From Adineta vaga (taxonomy: Eukaryota; Animalia; Rotifera), in NCBI GenBank assembly GCA_021613535.1, contig CP075496.1:12214001-12278000 (forward strand): a stretch of DNA of 64,000 nt, written 5' to 3'. Numbering within the stretch: the first letter of the stretch is position 1; every line of letters begins with the position of its first letter. The notes beneath the pieces were generated by a model that worked only from the letters and a program-made list of their open reading frames with translations, did not search any database and had not been told where the DNA came from. Positions 39,127-51,684 of the stretch are shown one piece after another. The translations under genes and the position numbers were made by a program.

Positions 39127-40931
39127 AAGGATAGATTCTATTGTTGTGATGAGTTTTTTTTTGTTCGTCTTTGTCAAAACGTTTTTATACATAAATATTC
39201 TGTGTATGATTTGCTTGTAAAATATAATGTTTAATCATAACAATATCACTTCTATGAGTGATAGATAATTTCTTTCGAAATATATCGATTATTTGTGATA
39301 TATTTCAAGTTAAAATAATAATTTGTTTAAAAGTTATAGTAAACATATTTGACAGATATGTATGAATAACTTATCTGGCGGTGCAATTAGTAAAGAAAAA
39401 AAAAGAATATAGTTGATTAAGTAAATGCTTTCTTTTTATTTGTTAAGTAATCGATTTCTTTTCTTCATTTAATAAAATTCAATTGATACTTCAATCAATC
39501 TTGATAAAGAGATATTGTCATTTTCAATTTTATTTCATTATTTTAGTTGATTGTGATAAAGTACAGTTTGTTATTGTTTCTTCATTAAAATAATTCAACG
39601 ATACGGAATAAATAACAATAAAAAGTAACAGAAAATCATGAAATTTAATTATCACAATACGTTTTAAAGTTTATTTTAAACTAATAACGAGTGAAGAGAA
39701 TATGTAACAGTCCATTAGTGTAAAACAATTTATTCTTTGACATTATTCATCTGAGAGTTTTTATGAATAAAAGGAATTTTAATATGTAGCAAAGATTGTA
39801 CTAATATTTTTAATATTCAAAAGTTAGAATAACTTTGTTGTGTAATCGATCATTTATATCTGATTTGATGTTGTATCAATTGTAATTTATACGTGTCAGA
39901 TATATTTTTTAACGATACAAATAATTTCCATAGTAAATTTTGCATTATTTAATCAAAATTTGACTCTATTCAACATATGTTTGAAATCATATCAACAAAT
40001 GTTAATTATTGATTCAGGTATATTTACATCTTGATGATATTATGGAAGATAATGTGCATATCAGAAAAGAAATATATTATCATAACACTAGTAAACGATC
40101 CAATCAAAATTGATCATTACTTGTTACTAAGTTAATAAAAACAAAGACTGGTTTTATATTAGTATTACCAAATGTGCCTTTGACAGATTGCTTTCAGATC
40201 AATACTTGAACACGAAAGAATATTTTATCCGAGTAAATGTTATTAAACTCTCGAATGCAATGTTCTATTTACTTCTTTAAACTATTAAACAATCGCTATT
40301 GAAAATATATCAGCCATATAACGAATGCATACATTGATTAAAAACATATTTGTCAAATCGATTACATGTCTTAAATTACGATATAGTTAACGAGTTTTTG
40401 TATTGTCGTCAATTCGATATTTTTTATGAAACAGAATAGGTTATAATCAAATTTGAAATCTAATCGTCCATATTTATATTGAGAAAAATATATCATATGG
40501 AAAATCCTATGAGAGTTGTGTTATTAAATACTTTACCATTCTATTCATATGTCAAGGTTTTTCCTATCAAGTGTAATATCGAACTTGTTCTTGTTTTTTT
40601 CTTCATTTTCTATTATCTAAAACACTCTATTAACGCATAATATATATTCATTGAAGCATTCGAAAGAAAAAATATTTCCCTTGAAACGAACAGTAGATTC
40701 GACTACGATAGTTGTTGTTTTAATTACATTTTTTCTATATTGATATCTTAAGTTAAAAAAAAGAACAATTAAAATTCCCAATACTTCGAATATATCGTCT
40801 TTCTTATGGAATAATTTTAGGTACAGAAAAGAAAATCTTTATTTCTATAAATTGAGTCAATTGCAAATGAGTCCATTAAAATATTTATATATATATATAA
40901 AGCTTAAATGTATAATCGATACAAGATATTT

Positions 40932-42302
40932 TTAACATTCATCTCCCTCAGCTAAATGACTATTCATACGTTTAATTCGTACTGGATTTACCGGATGTAT
41001 TTCATCATTGATTAATAATGGTTTAGTAAAAACTGCTGTTGTTGCTGTTATGGTTGATGGTGATGCAAGACTTATCGTTTGAAATTTCTGTCTTCGATAG
41101 ACTGAACCTTGTTTACAAAAATATAAGGCAACAATATCACATATAAATGTTGCTAAGCCAAGTACACCAATCATTGAGCCAATGTTAAGTGTTAAAACAA
41201 GAAAATTAAATTGACCAGCTTCACCATTAACAGTAACAATGAATCGTAAGCCGAATGCTTTCGTTAATGTTCGATGTGAATGTGTCCTCCATTTCCAATG
41301 TGATGCATAACGAAAATTGAAACCAAAAGAAAATTTCTCTTCTTTATATCGAGAATCTAAACGACCGAAGGAATATCTTGGTTTACATTGGTCTTGACCT
41401 AAATCTAAATTACAAATCCAATCAATTTTAATTCGAATAACAGCACCAAATTGAAGCATTTTAGCACGTTCATCTTCATCTGGTTCGACAAGATTTAATA
41501 AATCTTCAATGCGAAATATTGGACAATATTTATCATTGATAGGATGATAACGACATTCAGTTTTATTATTGTCATCATGAAATATATTCGTTCTGGAAAC
41601 ATTAAAACGAGTAAACTCAACGAAATTTTTCACAAATATAGTAAAATTTAACGAGTCCATTATAGGAGTGGGCATAGTTAGATCATTTTCCACAGGACAC
41701 CAACCTTCGATTTCACATCGACCTTCTGAACTACATTTTCCTGTCCAACGTCCATTACTTTTGGCTGGATATGCACCAAATGCTTTACATTGACTATCAT
41801 TTGTACATTTTGCATCCTTTATATCAAGTCCTTCACCACAACGTTTCGGTTGTTGATCTGTACGAATAAAATTTGTCATAATAAAAATAGCATTATTTTC
41901 TTGAGGTGGTATAACAAAATCTGCATTGTCTAATGTAATTGTTTGATTTCGTGTTAGACTTGCGACACCTTTAACTTTCAATGTTACAGATGATATTAAT
42001 GATGGATCACGTTCTTGATAACCACGTTTATACCACATTAAATAACCGAATGCATAGAATAAAATAAGTAATTGTACAAATCGACATGTTAATGCTATAG
42101 AATATGAATGTATTGTAACAATTTTTGGTGCTGAAAAATGAAATCAGTTGATATTCTCTTGTAGAAATTTAATCATGAACAAAAACTTACTTTCATATTC
42201 AGTAACTGTTCCAATAAGAACAGATTTAATATGACTAGGCGTAAACGCATATGTAAATGGTGAAAAGTGACGTTTAAGTTTTTCACAAGTTGTTTCAGGC
42301 AT
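40932..42302 (-). CDS. P2X purinergic receptor (ATP-gated cation channel), 2 exons
   Basis: YETPK spans intron 42190-42131. SSVTLKVKG, 10 ectodomain Cys, WCPVE, NFT, GFNFRYA, RTLTKAFGLRF, TM2 and a YxxxK motif (YRRQK) are all present. Confidence 0.95.
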
Positions 42303-42740
42303 GATTAAATCGATGTCGATTTTTGAAAGTATAGAATAATAATGAATATTTTACCAGTAATTTGTCTGTAGTTAATGACTTTTTTCATCAATACGTCTTT
42401 TTTTTTGAGTGTGTTGAACACGACAAATATTTATCGATGAATGATAATGAGAGAGAGTTTTATTGACTTGACTTCTTTTCTCCTTTAGGTCCCTTGTGAA
42501 TAACAAAAAAGAGAAAGAAACATTGGGCAATTTATGAGATCGAAGGATTTGTGTATATATTTTTTTTCTTTATTTCTCGCTTGTCTAATCGTAATAAAAC
42601 GGTAAAAGGAAGAAAAATATAATGCTTATTGACTGGCTGCGCTTTTCCTTCTTGTCTATTCTCTCTGTGTTATATAAAATAATGTTAATAATCTGTAGCT
42701 TTGATTCTTGTTGGAACACTCTCTAAACATATTTATTAGT

Positions 42741-42758
42741 TGTGTGTGTGTGTGTGTG
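42741..42758. repeat. (TG)9 microsatellite
   Basis: tgtgtgtgtgtgtgtgtg, upstream of the P2X gene. Confidence 0.7.
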
Positions 42759-44715
42759 TAAGCAGAGAAGCCATTTGTCAGGAAGTTCATTGTGGCATTC
42801 GATGTGTGTTGATTAACTCTATGGCCATATAAATATGAATTAATTAGGTTTTTCTGTCTAAAATGAGTGAAATATAAATGACAAATAGCAGTAAAGACTT
42901 TTTTTTGGCCTATTAAAAAGAAAAACAGCATCGAGCATTCGTTTAGTTTTCATAAAACACGAGGTACTCAATCATAAAATCACACATATTGATGAATGGG
43001 AAGTGATGGAGAAAAGCATCGTATGTAGAGTACTAGAAAAAAGATTAATACATTTGATCATGCAGAGATTCTATTTAGACTCTCAGCATTATATTTATTC
43101 AGATTATCTATAACATAACAATGGATTCGTTGATCAATTATGATTTTATCACATCTGTTACATATTGACGAAATAAAAACACATCTTTGTTCTATATCAA
43201 GAAGAAAAATCATAATCGTAATTAAACACAATCAATGAAAATTTAATGTGAATAATATTTTCTCGTTTCTTCAAATATTAATTGATCGAAGTTAATTACT
43301 CAAGAAAAACAAACATACCCTGTTCTCTTTCAATGAAATTAGAAAGAACGAAGAATTATATATCATGCAAGATGAAAATCATCTAGAAATACATAACACA
43401 TAACTATAAGATATCTAACAAAAAATATTTACATAGAAATAAATCTTGCCTGACTTATGATCATAGTTCTCTGTGTAAATATAATTGATGCGGAGAAAAA
43501 TGGAGAGAGAGAAAGAGAATTCTTTTCTATGTGTATGAATGTTTCTTGAAGATTATTTTTATTAAAGTGAATGACGAAAGCGTTCTAACATGAAATGAAG
43601 AATTAACAATGACATTTCATACTGTTTTCTATATGTAATATTGTCTTTCCGTTTTCAGTCAGCATCGATAATGGAAATTTTTGTTGAAATATTTCAGGAA
43701 AACAGCGTGAGATATTTTCAGAAAGAAGAGTACTTATATATTAGTCATGGAACATATAATATTACGTTAAGAGGGAAATGATATTTTTCTTGAAGTATTT
43801 GCTCTTTTGGAATGATTTGATTTGAAAAATAAAAGAAACAATACTTATAATTCTATTTGAGGAAAACAAGTAAATGTGAACGAAGTTAATTGAGTATAGT
43901 GTTTATTTTGAAACTAATAAATGATTAATGAAGATCATATCCATAGAAATTTAGTAGAATAAATGTTGTATTTAACGAACAAAGTTTTTTTTCGATCCAT
44001 ATTGTAATATTTACAGTATTATAGTAAGTGTATTTGATTATTTAGATAGAAACATCGAGAACATGCAATCATATCTCGTTTTAGTTCTATTGATTCTCAT
44101 ATATCACTTTGAATTACTCTAGCTAGAACGTAATTGATGTCAATGATCGTTTTGTCCTTGTAGTTTTTTCACGAATGTATTATTGAAACTCTTTGTGTTA
44201 GAGTATATGGGTGTGGGTGAATGAGTGAAGTAAAGAAGAAAGGTCCACATCTTCACTCTCACTCAAAATACATTGGACGTTTACTATCTATGTAGATTTG
44301 ATTTTGTTTTCTTGTTCAATTTGTATTTATTGTCAATAAAAAAGTATCTTTGTCTTATTTATATATTTAACTCAAAATGTTTTTTTTCTAACGAGCAACT
44401 GTCCATTTCCCATCGGAAATATGATTTCTTTCATTATACACAGATCTTTTTATCTGCTTTTGCCTTATGCATTCATGCCCGTTCGATACAATTGATTAAC
44501 TTTTTCTGAATTTCAATTAATTTCCATTGGAATAATAAATCAATCTATTATATGTATCACATGAAAATTTCAATTCAAATTCTCGAATGATTGCAATCAA
44601 ATAACCTGCGACCTCTATAATAAAATGAAATGATCGGTGTCCATGGTTGTAATGATCTTTGAAAAAAATGAGAACATATTCATTTGTCCTGTCTTCTTTG
44701 AATTTGAATAGAAGA

Positions 44716-45858
44716 ATGTTTTCTTCTAAAATCAATTCTTTTCGAACTAGTTCAATTCGTACTCTATGTAAGATAAAACTATTTCGTTAAAACTCAAATC
44801 ATTTCTATTATCACTATTTTAGTCCATTCAAATATTCCATTAGTATCTAAAAGATTCAATCATCAAATAAATACTAATGAATGTAAATAAATTTCAAATT
44901 ATTTTCAATGAAAAGTAACTTCTGTAATGTTTTATTTTAAGTTTAGTACGTCAATATTTTGAAAAAGAAATCAATGAACATAAGAAAAAGGGAGCATTAC
45001 CAACATCATTTATATTAAATGATTTGAAATATTATGAAAATCTTTCTCGTATTCGTAGTAAATCAGATCGTCTTTCATATCTTCAATCGTTAATGTCAAT
45101 TCTTAAAATACCACCATCATTTGCTATACCATATGATTCCGGTGGTATACATAGTGGATTTTTAAGTCCATATCGAAATCTTGGTCAATCGGATCTAGTC
45201 AATATGTCTGCATGGAATTATTTGAAAGCGCAACGATTAAATGATATTCTTCTTTTAAATTGTTCAAATTTATCTAGTCGTTCTTTAGCACAATTAATTC
45301 TTGATATGAGAAGCAATTTCAATTTATTAAATGAACCATGGTGGCCTAAACTAATCGGTGTGTCCGATGAGACGCATCAAGAAATCATTGACATATTAAA
45401 AACAAAACATCACTTACATGGTGTACATTTATTAACATGGGAAACGAGTAATAAAACGATAAATGAGAAAGATTTGACATTAATTTGTGCTAATCATGGT
45501 GAAACTATCTATGAATTAGATTCACACACGAATTATATTGTTCAGATTGCCGGTGATCAGAGACAATGTTGTTTAGGTGATGTTACCGATAAAAATATAC
45601 AATCTTATAAAAATATTGTTAAACTTCAATCAAGAACAAAGTAAAATAATTTTGATTTTATATGGTTTAGTTTCATTGAAAATCATTTTCTTTTGCAGAA
45701 GTTTTAATAAATCAAAACGAATTCTAACATCTGATCTATTTCAAATCCTAGGTTCATTAAAAATGAAAGATTTATTTTATAAAAAAGTTTGTAAAACAAA
45801 CGATGATGAAAATTATAATATAAAATCAAAAGTTCGTACTGGTCTAATATCACATTAG
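44716..45858 (+). CDS. TRMT10C: Divergent mitochondrial tRNA methyltransferase 10C / RNase P protein 1 (MRPP1)-like
   Basis: Mitochondrial-presequence-like MFSSKINSFRTSSIRTLF (introns 44768-44822 and 44883-44946). Blocks WNYLKAQRLNDILLLNC, LLTWE...EKDLTLICAN...ELDSHTNYIV and KRILTSDLFQILGSLK align in order with the Trm10 SPOUT domain. The 3' end is uncertain. Confidence 0.6.
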
Positions 45859-45881
45859 ATTCATTTATTTTCAGATATAAG

Positions 45882-46435
45882 ATGAGTACATTAGAAGATC
45901 TTCGATCAGTTGTGAAAGAAACATTGGAACAGAATGGATCATTAGCTGCTACACGTGCAAAACTTCGTGCAGATATTTTTACAACATTGCAAGATCCAAC
46001 GGAAGTTAAACCGCGAATTCCACATGAAAATCTTCTTATTAATGAATTGATTATCGAATATTTGAAATATAATAATTTAGATTGTGCTGCGTAAGTCCTC
46101 ATTCAAATAAGAATTTCATTATTTTGAATAATTTTCACTCTATAGATCGGTACTTGCTGCTGGTATGTTGAGAAAGAAAGAAAGAAAATTTGCATCTATT
46201 TTCATAACACGAACATTTAGAATCGGGACAACCAATACCAACACTTGGTCGAGCTTTTGTTGCTGAACAATTAAATGTTCATGATGATGAAAAAACTCGA
46301 CAATTGTAAGAAAATACAAAGAATTATTGCTTCTTATTATACTTTTGTTTTAGACCATTACTCTATTCATTATTATCACATTTTTCTGCAAATACAAAAG
46401 CAGCAAATCGTGCACTTTCAAATCGTATTAATTAA
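45882..46435 (+). CDS. FOPNL: LisH-domain centrosomal/ciliary protein FOPNL (FOR20/CEP20)
   Basis: MSTLEDLRSVVKETLEQNGSL...RAKLRADIF...PHENLLINELIIEYLKYN...SVL-AAESGQP...LPLLYSLL. 4 exons, including a 17-nt microexon at 46146-46162. Confidence 0.92.
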
Positions 46436-46712
46436 TTTCATTTTTTTCGTAATCAATCTTAATTTTTTTCTAGAATTTTTTAAAACACTTTTGTATATTG
46501 TTTGTTGTAATACTCTTATATCTAATAGAGAATCTTAATTCTACTGCCATCTATATTCATGTTATATTGGATTGGCTTCATATACTGTTTTCTAGGAGAA
46601 AGCGACAGAAAAAGAAAACAAACAAAAAAAATTTGCACTCTTGTTTTCTTCATTCTCTAGTAATCAATTACTCAATAGAATTAGAACGTAACAAAAAAAA
46701 AGATTATTTCAG

Positions 46713-49700
46713 ATGTCAGACAGTGAAGATTCTGAACAATTCAAAGTAGATGAATTGCAAAATGAACTTGAAAACCATGATCTCGATACCAAAGGACATA
46801 AAGTGGACTTAATTGATCGATTACCCGAAACGATGAATAATGATACTGAACATGACCCAAGAAAACTTCATTCGACATCTAATGACGATGAATCAGCTCC
46901 ATCTATTATAAATGATGATACATCATCTTCTTCAATTGTTTGTTGATCTGATTTTTAGAATTGTTCTCTAATATTTTCTTTATGAAATATTTAGGTTATA
47001 AAAGACAATAATGAACAAGACAAAACATCTGTTCAATCAAAGTCTCAATCAATAGAAAATTTTTCTTATGAAGAACAAAGCTCACCATCAAGTAATAAAC
47101 GTCATCTTAATGACGATAATACAGAAAAAGGAGACGACACTTTAACAGAAAAAGACGATGAAAATACGAATAATAGTGATGATATGTCAAAACAAATACG
47201 TAAAAAAAAGAGTCGTTGGAGTTCTGAACAAGATGAAGATTCACCAGACCAACAATCAACATCAAAACAAACATCAGATAATGATGATGACGATGACGAT
47301 GATAATCTGAGTAGTAGACATCCAGAACGAGATCATGATCGAGATTATCATCGATCGTCAAGACAATACGATGATGATCGACATTACAGTAGTCGACGTT
47401 CCGAAAAGTATGTAAAAGATCGAATTGATGAGGATTTCTTTTTTTCTCTTCATATGTGTATATGTACGTCTGTATGTGAGAGAGAGAGTGAGTGAGTGAG
47501 TGAATGGATGAGTGTGCGAGTACATGTGAAATGAAAGATTGGTAAACGAGAGAAAAACACTTCATCTGTCTCAAATACAAATGGCATATTAAATGAAGAT
47601 TTATGAAGAAATTTAAAAGATGTTTCATTCATTTATTACAGTATTAATTACAAGAACAATCATCTGATCATATTATGTCAAAATTTATTTATTCCAATAA
47701 TTATTATGGACTCCTGAATTATTTAACTGGTAAGCGTTGCGATAGCGAGCGATCATTATGTAATATATGGTTTAAAGATAGAAGAAAATGTAGAAGAAAA
47801 ATGAATATATATATATTTAGTTAATATACAATGGATTGTTATCCTTTTTTGTGATATATGATAATGAACAAAAGAAGATGAAGCAATGGAACAACAAAAT
47901 GAACGAAAGACAAAATATAATGAAATAAAATGATCTGAACATGGATGATGTTCTAGGTGAAAAATAATGTATATGATTGAAAATATCAAGAAATTAATTC
48001 ATTTCAGATAACAAAAAGACAGATCAATGAACAGGTTTTTCTCTAAATATCAATATCATAGAATTGATGTGTTATCTGTGTGATTCAGTTCTTTTTTTTT
48101 ATTGAATCTTTTTTATTTTAATATTTTCTTATTCTTAATTGTCTTGTTTTATATATATATAGATCAACGGAACTAGAAATAGCACTTCCAGAAGAAGAAA
48201 CAGTACAATTTAACAATGATGATGTAGTTTTAGATTTTTGTAAGTGGAACATTTTGAAATATTTGTTTAAACAAAAGTCAAAGTATAGAGAATTCTATGT
48301 CTAATCTACAGATAGATAGATATCAAACGTTTTAGCCGATACGTTTATTTGATATTTTGTATATTTCCTTTTGATTCGATAGATACATCTGATTTGAATC
48401 TGACTATAAACACGGATTGTTTGTCAGCATGCAATAAATCGAATGATGCACTCTGTTTCTTATGGGCTGGTGTTCGAGGAACATATGGATTTAAACAAGG
48501 AAAAGTTTGTTATGAAATTCGAGTAAGTATCATTTTGATGATTGTTTATCTTCATTTAATTGACTTTTTTGTTTTGCAGATAACTGAAATCGTTGATTGT
48601 CCACAAATGCCAGATAGTGAAACGGAAAAATTTGGAATTCGTATCGGATGGTCAAATCTTTCGTCTGGTGTTCACGCTCTTCAATTAGGTAAACTGACCG
48701 ATTTTGACGTTTCTTTTCATTGATAGATAATCCTATTCTACAGGTGAATTCAATGATTCATTTGCTTATACATCCATTGGAAAGATGCTCAGTATGTCAA
48801 ACAATGAAGTAACTGATGATACATATGGTGAATCATTTGGTGTGTCAGATGTTATTACAAGTTATATTGATTTTGGAGATGATGCTGAAGATAATTTAAT
48901 ACGAATATCTTTTGCAAAAAATGGTACAGACTATGGTCAAGCATTTGAAGTATCAAAAATAGATTCCAAAGAATTCTATCCGCATATATTAGTGAAAAAT
49001 GTCAAATTTGAATGTAATTTTGGACAAATGGTAAGTATTAAGATTTCACTTCTTTATATCAATGTTAATTTATCCGTTTTCTTCCTGTTAGGAAACCTCA
49101 TGGTCAGAAATCAAATCAAATTATACATTTGCACAAAATATTCCGCTATCAGATCGAATACGTAATTCTACACCAATATTAGAAAAAGATCAATGCCAAG
49201 TAATACTTCTTTCGGGTTTGAATGGATCAGGTAAAACAACTTGGGCAAAGAAATATATCGAAGAAAATGTAGACAAACATTTTAATTTACTAAATATTGA
49301 ACATGTTCTCAATAAAATGATGGTAAGTTTACAAATAAAAATATTTATTATGAATTGTTCTATTCTCTAATAGATTGATGGAAAATTACCAATGATCAAA
49401 GATCGAAATGATGGTTCAATGTTACGTGTGAATATTGCTTTACAGAAATTGATTGAAATCGCTGCACGACGTCGACGAAATTACATTATTGATCATGTAA
49501 GATCGAATAGGAATTTATTCTTATGTTTTATTTCCTTACTTTAGATGAATACAACTCGTGAAAGTCAAACAAAACAACAAAGATTATTTACTGGTTATCA
49601 TCGAATTGGCGTCGCTATTGTACCTGATGATGATGAACTGAAAAGACGTATTGAAAAACTAGAAAAAAACGAAAATATCACACTGCCATCACAATTGATT

Positions 49701-51205
49701 AGAGAAGCGAAAGCCAAATTTTCTTTTCCACAAAAAAGTTCTTCATTAGAAGATGTTCTCTATCCTGAATTATCTTATGATGATGCCAAATTATTGTATG
49801 ATAAAGCATGTCAAGATTATGAGCAGTATCGTTCATCATCACGGTATGATCGACGTGATGATTATCATTCATCACGTAATAATGATAACAATAGTTATAA
49901 TAGTAATAATAGAAATCGTTACGATGATCGAGATCGTCGAGGTCGAGAATCTGATCGAAATCGTGATCGATATGTTCGATCACGGTCACGCGAACGAGAT
50001 CGTCGAACGTCACGTGAAGATTCACGATTTTCATCGTCGTCATCATCTTCATCACATCGTAACGATAATTACCGTGGTGGTTATTCTCGTGGTGGCGGTG
50101 ATGGTGGTGGACGATATTCTGATCATCGACAAGATTCAAGAAATAATCAGCGTGGTGGTTTTCAGGAAAGTCGTGGCGGTGGTTATCGTGGACGAGGAGG
50201 AAATTATAATAATCAAACGAATGACGAACGTCGTGGTGGATATCAACCACGTAGTGATTTCGGTGGTGGACGTGGTCGCGGTGGTGGTGGCAATTTCGAT
50301 AATAATCGAGGTTCATACCATGATAGACAGCGTGGTGGATTTAGACAAGATTATGGCAATCAACAGCGTGGAAGATCGTTCAATGATTATGATAATAATC
50401 AACAACGACAACAAAGTACCGGTGGTGGCGGTGGTAGAGGCTTTATGCAGAATAATAATAACAATTTTAATCAACAACAAGATAGACAAAGATTTGATTC
50501 TCGGGTAAGTTTTCGATCAAATTAATTTTTATTAGAATAACTTTTCGGTATTTAGTCATTAATCCAGCAACAAAATTCATTTCATAATCAACAACAACGT
50601 TCAGGACCACTTCTTCAAAATCCACCATCTAATCAACAACAACAACAACCATATTCATCACATTTGATACAACAGGCATCAAATAGTCCGAATCTTTCAT
50701 TACAAACACAAAATTCATTAGGTCTGAATGCTTTGTCCAATGCTGCAAATATTACTCAACAAAATGCTCTTGATCCATGGCTTGCACTATATGCTGCTGC
50801 TCTTAATACACAACCAGCTGTTTCACAACAACAACAACAGCAACAACAACAACAACAGCAGCAACAGCAATCGCAACAAGATGCAAATTCACTAACTCAA
50901 CAATGGGCACAATGGTTAAAAACAACACAAATGGTTAGTGAAAGAATGAAATTTGAAGTATTATTATTATCAGTTGTTCTATTTTATTTTCTGTATAGGC
51001 TCAAACAGCACAACAATCTCAACCTCAATTAACAGTTCAATCAGCTGATTCTCAACAGGCACAACTTTCAGATGCAAGTGCTTTGTATTATCAAGCATAT
51101 TATGCTCAATTAGCTGCTGCACAACAACAACAACAACAAGCAGCCGCTGCTGCAGCTGGATCATATAATAGTGGTGTTGCTCCACCTGGTACTAATAATA
51201 AATAG
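46713..51205 (+). CDS. hnRNP U / hnRNP U-like (SAP, SPRY, P-loop NTPase, RGG/RS, Q-rich tail)
   Basis: SAP: FKVDELQNELENHDLDTKGHKVDLIDRL. SPRY: LWAGVRGTYGFKQGKVCYE, FYPHILVKN. P-loop: GLNGSGKTTWA, RRRRNYIID. RGG repeats and polyQ; stop TAG at 51203-51205. Confidence 0.9.
50826..50870 (+). repeat. (CAA/CAG)n polyglutamine tract in the hnRNP U-like gene
   Basis: About 15 consecutive Gln codons. Confidence 0.85.
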
Positions 51206-51684
51206 ATTGCTGAAAATTGAAAATAAATGTATTGTTGTTGTTCTTTTGTATTTGTGTAATTCTATATTATTTGTTTACCTAGCACTTACATTGTTTTCTT
51301 GCTTATGTCTTTGTTTAAAGAATAAAGGAACTATCGTTGTTCGTATCTATATAGACTTATTATCTGGATTAAAATGATTAGAGAAAAATAGAAATAAGAC
51401 TTGATTTCTTCTTTTACAATACAATTGATTCTGTTAATAAATATCGATTTATCGATACTATAATTTTCAAAATGTGCATTAGTCAGATGTTACTTTGTTT
51501 ACTGATTCTATAAGGATCATGTTATCATTAAAACTCTTTCATAAACAAAAGGTGTGCTGGATATAAATTTTGTTTTAGCCAACACCTTGTTCTTTATTTG
51601 TTCTCATTTTTATCAACAACATAGAAACCATCAAGTAGTGTGGTAACTAGATAAATCATTTGAATTTTTTTGTTAGAAGTACAA

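Noticed and set aside
47860-47945. Possible intronic C/D-box snoRNA (ATGATAATGA...CTGA)
   Set aside because: The C box is imperfect, there is no terminal stem or recognisable rRNA guide, and such motifs arise by chance in AT-rich DNA.
49699-50508. Long His-rich (-) and Val/Ile-rich (+) ORFs overlapping the hnRNP U RGG exon; similar shadows at 21202-21552 and 47107-47628
   Set aside because: These are alternate-frame shadows of low-complexity coding sequence (GAT/CGT/GGT codons) with no independent support.
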